A stretch of DNA of 64,000 bases from assembly GCF_963921235.1 (NCBI RefSeq), contig NC_086108.1, positions 62,436,001-62,500,000 of the forward strand. The letters are read 5' to 3'. Made by a program: the position numbers and the translations under genes. The DNA is from Mobula hypostoma (lineage: Eukaryota). Positions 38,814-49,308 of the stretch are shown one piece after another; positions within the stretch are counted from its first letter, which is position 1; each line of letters begins with the position of its first letter. Below the pieces are notes generated by a model that did no database searches, was not told the origin of the DNA, and saw nothing but the letters and a program-made list of their open reading frames with translations.

Positions 38814-40130
38814 CTCTAATCCCAGGGCAGGCTATGGTCTTTAACCTTTAGACTTTGACCTCAAGTTCAATTACCACCCTCAGCTTCCTATCTCTGTCCA
38901 ATTTTGAATCTACTTAACTCTCCCTGGATTACAGACTGACCTACCAGGCCAACCTACCATGTGAGACTTGGTCGACGGCCTTGCTAGAGTCCAGATAGAC
39001 AATTTGCACTGCCCTAACCTTATCTACCCTCAGGGTATCTCTTCAAAGAACTCTCAAGGATTCATCAAACACTATTTCTCACACACAAACCCATGCTGAT
39101 CCCTCTTGATCAAACTCTATCTGTCCAAATGCTGTTACATCCTATACCTCAGAATTCCCTCCAGCAAATTCTGTACTACTGCTGACTGGCCTATCATTCC
39201 CTGGTTTGTCCTTGCTACCCTTTTTAAACAATAGAATGACATTAGCCATTCTTTTGGAACTTCACCAATTGCTAATGATAAACAAGTACCTCCGCAAGAG
39301 TTTATGTAGTTTCTGCTCCAGCCTCCCATAAAGTCCAAGGATGCAATCGGTTAAGCACTGGGATTTATCCACATTAATGTACTGTAAGGGTGCAAATACC
39401 TCCTCCCTCATTATATGATTGTTCTCCAAAATATCTCCATAAATCCTGAGCAGCCATGATTTTCTTCTCAATAAACACCAAGAAGGCATATTCAATAAAA
39501 ATCCCACCCATCTCCTGCAGCTCAAAACATAGGTAGCCCTGTTGATCTCTGAGGGTATCTACTCTCTCTCTAGCTACTCTCTTGCTCTTAACATACTATA
39601 TGTATAGAACCTCTTGGTATTTTTTGAACATTACCTGCCAGATCCACTTCATATCCTCAGTTTGCCCTCCTGATTTCCCTCCTGAGTGCATTCTTAATCT
39701 TTTTATAGTTCTCAAGGAATACGCTCATGCATGAACTAAACCAAATGTGTGCTTCCTTTTTTCTAGAGCAGAGCCTTAACACCTCTCAATAGCCAGGTTT
39801 TCCTAGACCTGCCAGGTTTAGCAACATGTTTCCCTGGGCTTTTCTAACTCATTCTTAAAAGCATCTGGGCCACTCATTCCTTCCTTTCAACCAGATTGAC
39901 CTGCTAGATCCCACTTAATTCCCTCAAAATTAGTCCTGCTCCACCTTAGGACACTGAGCTGTGGAGTTGATCCATTCTTTCCCATTGCTATCAGAAAACC
40001 AGTAGAATTATGTCGCTAGAATCAAACTGCTCCCTGACTGCCAACTCAGTTACTCGCTCTGCCTCACTGCACAGGAGGAGGTCGAGTATTGCATCCTCCT
40101 GTGTAGGTCCCTCTTTATATTGACTCAGGC
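37535..40130 (-). mobile_element. Old CR1 LINE, with a non-autonomous insert at ~38528-38880
   Basis: Scattered ORF2 remnants (GLEGLSYRERL, NVDKS, LLEGILR) and a CR1 3' end at 37535-37600. Confidence 0.8.
38777..38811. repeat. (CA)n microsatellite
   Basis: About 17 AC units, read directly. Confidence 0.95.
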
Positions 40131-40884
40131 AGAATTGCTAGGAAGTGAGGTATCTGCACCAGGAGAGTAGTAGAGCAGTAAGCTGCCTTAGAAGCCCCCT
40201 AAGCATGCCTGACAAGCTGTCAGCTTGCAATGAATGTCCTTTAACTACTGAGTAATGCCAGAAGCAGTTCCGTGATTTGCAGTATATGTAAACATGAGCT
40301 GTATAGCCGATAAAATTGCTCCTACTTACTCTCTCACATACACACACTATTAACATTCCTAATTTTCCACCATCCATACATAACTCAAGCTTCCAAAGGC
40401 CCAAGAGTGTGTAAAGTAACCTCAATGTCCTACATCTCCTCCATTTAGACAAGCGGTCCAAAGAAATAATAGTTTACTGGTGCTCTCTGCAATCTGCAAA
40501 GTAATATTTCATGCTGATTACTATTTCCTCTTTGTTTGATTAACTGTTCATATTACCACGACCCTGTGCACTGCTGCTGCAATATCACAGTATATTTGTT
40601 GTAGCTTACAAGGCGTGTCATTGACAAGGTGAGGAGGAGATTGTGAAAGAGGAGATGGGGAGGTGCTCACTGATTACAATGGAGGAGGTTATACTTCGAG
40701 TGGGAGGCCTGAGGCCCACAGAATAATTAGTCTGCTGGAGCTGCCTGTAATCTGCAAAGAAACATTTCATGATGATTGCAATTTCCCTTTTGATTAGCTA
40801 GGAAACAGGTTCTTAAAGAGTTGAGGCAGATTCAATAGTATCATTTAAGAAAGTAAAGAAAGCAAGCAACCATGGTTATGGAGT

Positions 40885-41430
40885 CATAGAGGCATTGAGA
40901 AAATCTGTATGGATACAGGCCCTTCAGCCCAATGAGTCAATGCTGACTTTGGTATCCACCCAACGTCTCTCTATTTCCTGTGTCCAATAAATATCTGAAT
41001 CCAACCCCTGTGCATACTTATCTTAAATGATACCATTGTATCTACCTGAACCAATTCCTCTGGCAGCTCGTGACATATACTCACAGCCTTCTGTGTACAA
41101 AGGTCCCTTTTAAATCTTTCTCATCTCATCCTAACCTACTTCCCTTAGATTTGTATTCTCCTACCCTGAAGAATAGGTTGTTACCTTATCTATGCTTTCC
41201 ATGATTTTAAACATTTCTATAAATTTATTCATCATTCTCTTACATTCCAAAGAATAAAAACTTTGCATATCCAACCTCTCATATCCAACCTCTCTTTATA
41301 ACTCAGACACTCTAGTCCTGGGAATATCCTCACAAATCTTTTCTGGACTCTTTCCAGTTTAACCACATCTTTCCTGTGACAGGGTGACAAAAACTGTACA
41401 CAATTCACCAACGATGTGTACAACTGCAAC
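40885..41430 (-). mobile_element. CR1 3' fragment
   Basis: LQLYTSLV..CVQFLSP..KDVVKLERVQKRF. Confidence 0.85.
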
Positions 41431-41494
41431 ACTATGAGGGGTCCTCGTTAAATGTGAAGATAAAACTTCAATGACCATTTTAACCTTTGTCTGT

Positions 41495-43000
41495 GTGTGG
41501 GTTCTGAAAGACTGTGCAGCCCAACTGATGGAGGTGCTACCGGATATATTCAACATCTCTCTGAAACAGTCTATAGTCCCCTCAGTTTACAAGGCGGCTA
41601 CCATCATCTCAGTGCCAAAGAAGGCTACAGTAACCTGTCTAAATGACGATTGTCCAGTGGTACTTACATCAACCACTATGAAATGCTTTGACCGCTGGTC
41701 ATGGAGCACAGTAAAGTCTTTCTCCGGGCTACAGTGGAGCCTTTCCAGTTTCCTTATCGCTCAAATCGATCCACTGATGATGCAATAGCCTCTGCCCTCC
41801 ACTCTGTCCTGTCCCACCTGGAAAGTGGCAGGTTGTTATTTATAGACTTCATTTCAGCACTCAGCACCATTGTACCCCTGAAACTGGTGGGAAAACTGTC
41901 CTAGCTGGGTCTTAACATCTCCCTCTGCAATTGGATACTAGACTTCTTAACAGTACGACTACACTCAGTCTGTGTGGGCAGCAACGCTCTCGTCCCATTA
42001 CACTGAGCACTGGTGCTCCCTAAGGCTGTGTGCTCAGCCCACTGCTGTTCACACTGCTGATGCATGACCGTGTCACAGGATTCAGCTCAAGTTTGTGAAT
42101 GACACAAAGTCCCTGGCCTTATCAAGAACAATGATGAGATGGAGTATAGAGAGGAAGTAGAGTGGCTGGTGGATTGGTGTGAGAAGAACAGCCTAACGCT
42201 GAATATGGAGAAGACAAAGGAAATCATTGTGAACTTCAGGAAGGTGCAGACAAAGCATCCTCCTCTGCGAATACATGGCTCCTCCGTAGAGGGAGTCAAG
42301 TGCGCCAAGTTTCTGGGAGTTCACATCATGGATGACCATCGCTGGTTCCTTAATACTACCTCACTCAACAAGAAGGCACTGCAGCACCTTCACTTCCGAA
42401 GAAGATTGAGGTAAGCAAGGCTCCTGCAGCCCAACTGTGTTTTACAGGAGCACCATTGAGAGCATCCTGACAAGTTGCATCTCCATCTGGTATGGGAGCA
42501 GTCCAGAATCAGACCTGAAGTCCCTACAAAGGACTGTGAGAACAGCTGAGAGGATCATAGGGATCTCCCTACCATCCATCGAGGACATTTATCAGAAGCA
42601 CGACAGATGCAGGGCCCTTAGTGTTATTAAGGACCACACCCATCCATTCGTCATCTTCTCTGACTTTCTGCCATCAGGCAAGAGACTATGATGCATAAAA
42701 ACAAGAACGGTCAGGATGAGAAACAGTTTCTTCCCTCAGGCCGTTGGGCTTCTGAACTCCTGGTCACATTGTATTCAAAGTGTCACTGGTTAATCTGTTC
42801 CACACTTTACAATATCTAATATTAATGGACTTTAGTTTGTTATTTATGTGTAATTCATCTGTAGATTTTATCCTTACTTTACAAGTTATTGTGTGTTATG
42901 TGATTTACACCCAGGTTGAAAGAAACATTGTCTCATTTCTACATACGTGATATGGTTATATATGTTATATACATGTATATAATTAAATGACAATAATCTT
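41495..43000 (+). mobile_element. Rex1/Babar LINE, 5'-truncated
   Basis: [67 protein letters not shown]. Confidence 0.92.
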
Positions 43001-43197
43001 CATGTTACACTTAACTAGTTGCAAATTTCATGAAATAGTCCAAGTTCCATATTGAAGGAATCTGAGGGACAGGAGGGGAAAGTGCAGAGAGGAGTGTAGT
43101 CACAGGGAAACAAGAGGGAGGGAAGGAGAAAGAGTGAAGTTGAGCACAGTTCATCATTGCTTTTGAAACCAAACTTCAAAGTCTGATTCTGTGACCA

Positions 43198-44090
43198 TAA
43201 GCACAAAATAATCTGCAGATGCTGGGGTCAAAGCAACACTCACAACACACTGGAGGAACTCAGCATGTCGGGCAACATCTGTGGAAAAGATCGGTCGACG
43301 TTTCGGGCCGGAACCCTTCGTCAGGACTGTAGGGGGAAGGGGCAGAGGCCCTATAAGGAAGGTGGGGGGAAGGTGGGAAGGAGAAGGCTGGTAGGTTCCT
43401 GGTGAAAAACCAGTAAGGGGAAAGATAAAGGGGTGGGGGAGGGGAAGCAGGGAGGTGATAGGCAGGAAAAGTGAAGAAAGAATAGGGGAAAACACAATAG
43501 TAGAAGGAGGCGGAACCATGAAGGAGGTGATAGGCAGCTGGGAGGGGGGCAGAGTGACATAGGGATAGAGGAAGGAACTGTGAGGGAATTACCGGAAGTT
43601 GGAGAATTCTATGTTCATACCAAGGGGCTGGAGACTACCTAGACGGTATATGAGGTGTTGCTCCTCCAACCTGAGTTTAGCCTCATCATGGCAGTAGAGG
43701 AGGCCATGTATGGACATATCTGAATGGGAGTGGGAAGCAGAGTTGAAGTGGGTGGCTACTGGGAGATCCTGTCTGTTGTGGCGGACAGATTGGAGGTGCT
43801 CGATGAAGCGGTCCCCCAATCTGCGTCGGGTTTCACCGATGTAGAGGAGGCCACACTGGGAGCACCGGATGCAATAGATGACCCCAACAGACTCACAAGT
43901 GAAGTGTTGCCTCACTTACAAGGACTGTTTGGGGCCCACCATCTCCTTCCCACCCTCCCCCCATCTTCTTTATAGGGCCTCTGCCTCTTCCCTCTACAGT
44001 CCTGACGAAAGGTTCCGGCCCGAAACATCGACTCATCGTTTCCACGGATGCTGCCCGACCCGCTGAGTTCCTTCAGCGTATTGTGAGTGT
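43198..44090 (-). mobile_element. Penelope-like (Neptune-type) element, 5'-truncated, with an inverted pseudo-LTR
   Basis: GIY-YIG ORF 43589-43915 (VIYCIRCSQCGLLYIGET..R..EH). 43936-44090 is an inverted copy of the 3' end. Perfect 14-bp TSD TGATTCTGTGACCA at 43184-43197 / 44091-44104. Confidence 0.93.
43293..43328 (-). ncRNA. Minimal type I hammerhead ribozyme motif
   Basis: AGTC-CTGACGA-A-GGGTTCCGGCCC-GAAAC-GTC-GACC on the minus strand. Confidence 0.75.
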
Positions 44091-45154
44091 TGATTCTGTG
44101 ACCAGTGAAAGATGAACATATTTTGTTAGAGGGATACACACCATAGGGAGATACATCAGGTGCCCAGAGGCTACACTGGTTACCAGGTGAAGGGAATTTT
44201 TTATTGTAAGTGAAAGAGAGCAGCTTTCCAGCATCCAGACTGAAGTCTCACAGGGTCATTGCAATATAATGCTGGAACCTGTTAATCCATATATAAGACC
44301 ATGAAATACTAAATACCAATGTGTAAATACAAAAAGATATATTTTCCATTCCATTTGCAATTGGCAAAATTTTTTGAATGCACCCACACTAATGAAATGC
44401 ATTTTATGCAAATAACATCTGTCATTTTGGAGTTGCACATAAGTCACATTGGTGTGGTAGCTGATGGCTTCACTGAGCACTTACATCAACAGTGATAAGT
44501 GTTTTGAGAGGTTAGTGATGAAACAAATCAACTCCTGCCTGAGAAGTGATTTGGATCCGCTCCAGTTTGCTTACTGAAACAACAGGTCCACGGCATATGA
44601 CATCTCATTGGCTCTTTACTCAGCTCTAGAACATCTGGACAGCAAAGATGCATGCATGAGAATACCCTTTACTTGCTACATCTCAGCATTCCATACCATC
44701 CTCCCATCAAAACTAATCAATACATTTCAAGACCTTGGCTTCAATGCATCTTTGTTCAATTGGATCCTCGATTTCCTCACTTGCAGACCCAGTTAATTTG
44801 AATTGGCAACAGCAACTCCTCTACAATCTTCATCAGTATAGGTGCACCACAAGGCTGTGGGCTTAGCTCCCTGTTCTACTCACTTTACACTAAGCACAGC
44901 TCCAGTGCCATGATTAAGATTGCTGATGACTCCACAATCGTAGGCCGAATCAGAGGTAGTGACTGTTGTAGCGTGGATGAAATCATCGGAGAGACAGAGT
45001 CACTGGTAGATACAAAGCAGCTGCTTTATTCCACACAACAAGGTCCCTTCCTACTTATACAACAGGAATTCTGCAGATGCTGGAAATTCAAGCAACACAC
45101 ATCAAAGTTGCTGGTGAACGCAGCAGGCCAAGCAGCATCTATAGGAAGAGGCGC

Positions 45155-45190
45155 AGTCGACGTTTCAGGCCGAGACCCTTCGTCAGGACT
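45155..45190 (-). ncRNA. Minimal type I hammerhead ribozyme motif
   Basis: AGTC-CTGACGA-A-GGGTCTCGGCCT-GAAAC-GTC-GACT on the minus strand. Confidence 0.8.
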
Positions 45191-47380
45191 AACTGAAGGA
45201 AGAGTGAGTAAGGGATTTGAAAGCTGGAGGGGGAGGGGGAGATGCAAAATGATAGGAGAAGACAGGAGGGGGAGGGATAGAGCCGAGAGACGGACAGGTG
45301 ATAGGCAAAAGGGGATACGAGAGGATCATGGGACAGGAGGTCCGGGAAGAAAGACGGGGGGGGGGGGTGACCCAGAGGATGGGCAAGAGGTATATTCAGA
45401 GGGACAGAGGGAGAAAAAGGAGAGTGAGAGAAAGAATGTGTGCATAAAAATGAGTAACAGCTAGGGTACGAGGGGGAGGTGGGGCCTAGCGGAAGTTAGA
45501 GAAGTCAATGTTCATGCCATCAGGTTGGAGGTCCCCCCCATCCCTCCCCACTGATCTCCCTCCTGGCACTTATCCGTGTAAGCGGAACAAGTGCTACACA
45601 TGCCCTTACACTTCCTCCCTTACCACCATTCAGGGCCCCAAACAGTCCTTCCAGGTGAGGCATCACTTCACCTGTGAGTCGACTGGGGTGATATACTGCG
45701 TCCGGTGCTCCTGATGTGGCCTTTTATATATTGGTGAGACCCGACGCAGGCTGGGAGACCGCTTTGCTGAACATCTTCTGTCTCTGTCTCTGGAGACAGC
45801 TTATCCACTGATATCTACTATAAGCCTACTAACTCTCACAGCTATCTGGACTATTCCTCTTCTCACCCTGTCTCTTGCAAAAACGCCATCCCCTTCTCGC
45901 AATTCCTCCGTCTCCGCCGCAACTGCTCTCAGGATGAGGCTTTTCATTCTAGGACGAGGGAGATGTCTTCCTTTTTTAAAGAAAGGGGCTTCCCTTCCTC
46001 CACTATCAACTCTGCTCTTAAACGCATCTCCCCCATTTCACGTACATCTGCTCTCACTCCATCCTCCCGCCACCCCACTAGGAATAGGGTTCCCCTGGTC
46101 CTCACCTACCACCCCACCAGCCTCCGGGTCCAACATATTATTCTCCGTAACTTCCGCCACCTCCAACGGGATCCCACCACTAAGCATATCTTTCCCTCCC
46201 CCCCTCTCTCTGCATTCCGCAGGGATTGCTCCCTTCGCTACTGCCTTGTCCATTCGTCCCCCCCATCCCTCCCCACTGATCTCCCTCCTGGCACTTATCC
46301 GTGTAAGCGGAACAAGTGCTCACATGCCCTTACACTTCCTCCCTTACCACCATTCAGGGCCCCAAACAATCCTTCCAGGTGAGGCAACACTTCACCTGTG
46401 AGTCGACTGGGGTGATATACTGCGTCCGGTGCTCCCAATGTGGCCTTTAATATATTGGCGAGACCCGACGCAGACTGGGAGACCGCCTTGCTGAACATCT
46501 ACGCTCTGTCCGCCAGAGAAAGCAGGATCTTCCAGTGGCCACACATTTTAATTCCACATCCCATTCCCATTCTGACATGTCTATCCACGGCCTCCTCTAC
46601 TGTAAAGATGAAGCCACACTCAGGTTGGAGGAACAACACCTTATATTCCGTCTGGGTAGCCTCCAACCTGATGGCATGAACATTGACTTCTCTAACTTCC
46701 GCTAGGCCCCACCTCCCCCTCGTACCCCATCTGTTACTCATTTTTGTGAGAGAAAGAATGTGTGCATAAAAATGAGTAACAGATGGGGTACGAGGGGGAG
46801 GTGGGGCCTAGCGGAAGTTGGAGAAGTCAATGTTCATGCCATCAGGTTGGAGGCTACCCAGACGGAATACAAGGTGTTGTTCCTCCAACCTGAGTGTGGC
46901 TTCATCTTTACAGTAGAGGAGGCCGTGGGATAGACATGTCAGAATGGGAATGGGACATGTCTATCCACGGCCTCCTCTACTGTAAAGATGAAGCCACACT
47001 CAGGTTGGAGGAACAACACCTTGTATTCCGTCTGGGTAGCCTCCAACCTGATGGCATGAACATTGACTTCTCTAACTTCCGCTAGGCCCCACCTCCCCCT
47101 CGTACCCCATCTGTTACTCATTTTTATGCACACATTCTTTCTCTTACTCTCCTTTTTCTCCCTCTGTCCCTCTGAATATACCTCTTGCCCATCCTCTGGG
47201 TCACCCCCCCCCCCGGTCTTTCTTCCCGGACCTCCTGTCCCATGATCCTCTCGTATCCCCTTTTGCCTATCACCTGTCCGTCTCTCGGCTCTATCCCTCC
47301 CCCTCCTGTCTTCTCCTATCATTTTGCATCTCCCCCTCCCCCTCCAGCTTTCAAATCCCTTACTCACTCTTCCTTCAGTT

Positions 47381-47416
47381 AGTCCTGACGAAGGGTCTCG
47401 GCCTGAAACGTCGACT
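47381..47416 (+). ncRNA. Minimal type I hammerhead ribozyme motif
   Basis: AGTC-CTGACGA-A-GGGTCTCGGCCT-GAAAC-GTC-GACT; stem I AGTC/GACT. Confidence 0.8.
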
Positions 47417-47478
47417 GCGCCTCTTCCTATAGATGCTGCTTGGCCTGCTGCGTTCACCAGCAACTTTGATGTGTGTTG

Positions 47479-49308
47479 CCCTTCCTACTTATGTTCGTGA
47501 CACTTCTCACGCTCTTAAACTTTTTGATGATTTTAAGTTCCCTGGCCCCCACCGCTTTATTTTCACCATGGATGTCCAGTCCCTATATACTTACATGCCC
47601 CATCAGGAAGGTCTCAAAGCTCTCCGCTACTTTTTGGATTCCAGACCTAATCAGTTCCCCTCTACCACCACTCTGCTCTGTCTAGCGGAATTAGTCCTTA
47701 CTCTTAATAATTTCTCCTTTGGCTCCTCCCACTTCCTCCAAACTAAAGGTGTAGCTATGGGCACCCATATGGGTCCCAGCTATGCCTGTCTTTTTGTTGG
47801 CTTTGTGGAACAATCTATGTACCAAACCTGTTCTGGTATCTGTCCCCCACTTTTCCTTCACTACATCGATGACTGCATTGGTGCTGCTTCCTGCACGCAT
47901 GCTGAGCTCGTTGACTTCATTAACTTTGCCTCCAACTTTCACCCTGCCCTCAAGTTTACCTGGTACATTTCCGACACCTCCCTCCCCTTTCTAGATCTTT
48001 CTGTCTCTATCTCTGGAGGCAGCTTATCTACTGATGTCTACTATAAGCCTACTGACTCTCACAGCTATCTGGACTATTCCTCTTCTCACCCTGTCTCTTG
48101 CAAAAATGCCATCCGCTTCTCGCAATTCCTCCATCTCCACTGCATCTGCTCTCAGGATGAGGCTTTTCATTCCAGGACAAAGGAGATGTCCTCCTTTTTT
48201 AAATAAGGTCCTCCACCATCAACTCTGCTCTCAAACGCATCTCCCCCATTTCACGCACATCTGCTCTCACTCCATCTTCCCGTCACCCCACTGGGAATAG
48301 GGTTCCCCTGGTCCTCACCTACCACCCCACCAGCCTCCGGGTCGAATATATTATTCTCCATAACTTCTGCCACCTCCAACGGGATCCCACCACCAAGCAC
48401 ATCTTTCCCTCCCCCCCCCCGGCTTTCCGCAGGGATCGCTCCCTACGCAACTCCCTTATCCATTCGTCCCCCCCATCCCTCCCCACTGATCTCCCTCCTG
48501 GCACTTATCCTTGTAAGCGGAACAAGTGGTACACATGCCCTTACACTTCCTCCCTTACCACCATTCAGGGCCCAGACAGTCCTTCCAGGTGAGGCAACAC
48601 TTCACCCGTGAGTCGGCTGGGGTGATATACTGTGTCCGGTGCTCCCGATGTGGCCTTCTATATATTGGCGAGACCCGACGCAGACTGGGAGATCGTTTTG
48701 CTGAACACCTACGCTCTGTCCGCCAGAGAAAGCAGGATCTCCCAGTGGCCACACATTTTAATTCCACATCCCATTCCCATTCTGATATGTCTATCCATGG
48801 CCTCCTCTACTGTAAAGATGAAGCCACACTCAGGTTGGAGGAACATCACCTTATATTCCGTCTGGGTAGCCTCCAACCTGATGGCATGAACATTGACTTC
48901 TCTAACTTCTGCTAATGCTCCACCTCCCCCTCGTACCCCATCCATTATTTATTTAAATACACACATTCTTTCTTTCTCTCTCTCTTCTTTTTTCCCTCTG
49001 TTCCTCTGACTATACCCTCTGGCCATCCTCTGGGTTTTTTTCCCCCTCCCCCTTTTCCTTCTCCCTAGGCCTCCTGTCCCATGATCCTCTCATATCCCTT
49101 TTGCCAATCACCTGTCCAGCTCTTAGCTCCATCCCTCCCCCTCCTGTCTTCTCCTATCATTTCGGATTTTCCCCGCCCCGTCCCACTTTCAAATCTCTTA
49201 CTAGCTCTTCCTTCAGTTAGTCCTGACGAAGGGTCTCAGCCCAAAACGTCGACTGTACCTCTTCCTAGAGATGCTGCCTGGCCTGCTGCGTTCACCAGCA
49301 ACTTTGAT
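47479..49308 (+). mobile_element. Penelope-like (Neptune-type) element: RT, Cys-rich linker, GIY-YIG, pseudo-LTR; disabled
   Basis: TMDVQSLYT, GVAMGT..GPSYA, YIDD, FLDL, YYKPT; CKRNK; VIYCVRCSRCGLLYIGET. Stops and frameshifts at 48206-48570. Hammerhead at 49219-49254 has GAAA>AAAA. Confidence 0.93.

Larger units (their letters stand above)
45059..47478. mobile_element. Rearranged fold-back Penelope-like insertion
   Basis: About 450-bp near-identical terminal inverted repeats, five internal segments in mixed orientation, 14-bp TSD CCCTTCCTACTTAT at 45045-45058 / 47479-47492. Confidence 0.88.

Noticed and set aside
44910..45464. 184-aa ORF (and the 174-aa ORF at 46939-47463) as novel proteins
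   Set aside because: The first reads through Rex1/Babar, LTR and antisense Penelope UTR; the second is antisense Penelope UTR. Low-complexity shadow frames.
45712..45714. In-frame TGA in the GIY-YIG motif (CS*CG) as possible selenocysteine
   Set aside because: Other copies have CGA, CAA or CAG (R/Q) at this codon. It is a CpG transition at a non-cysteine position.
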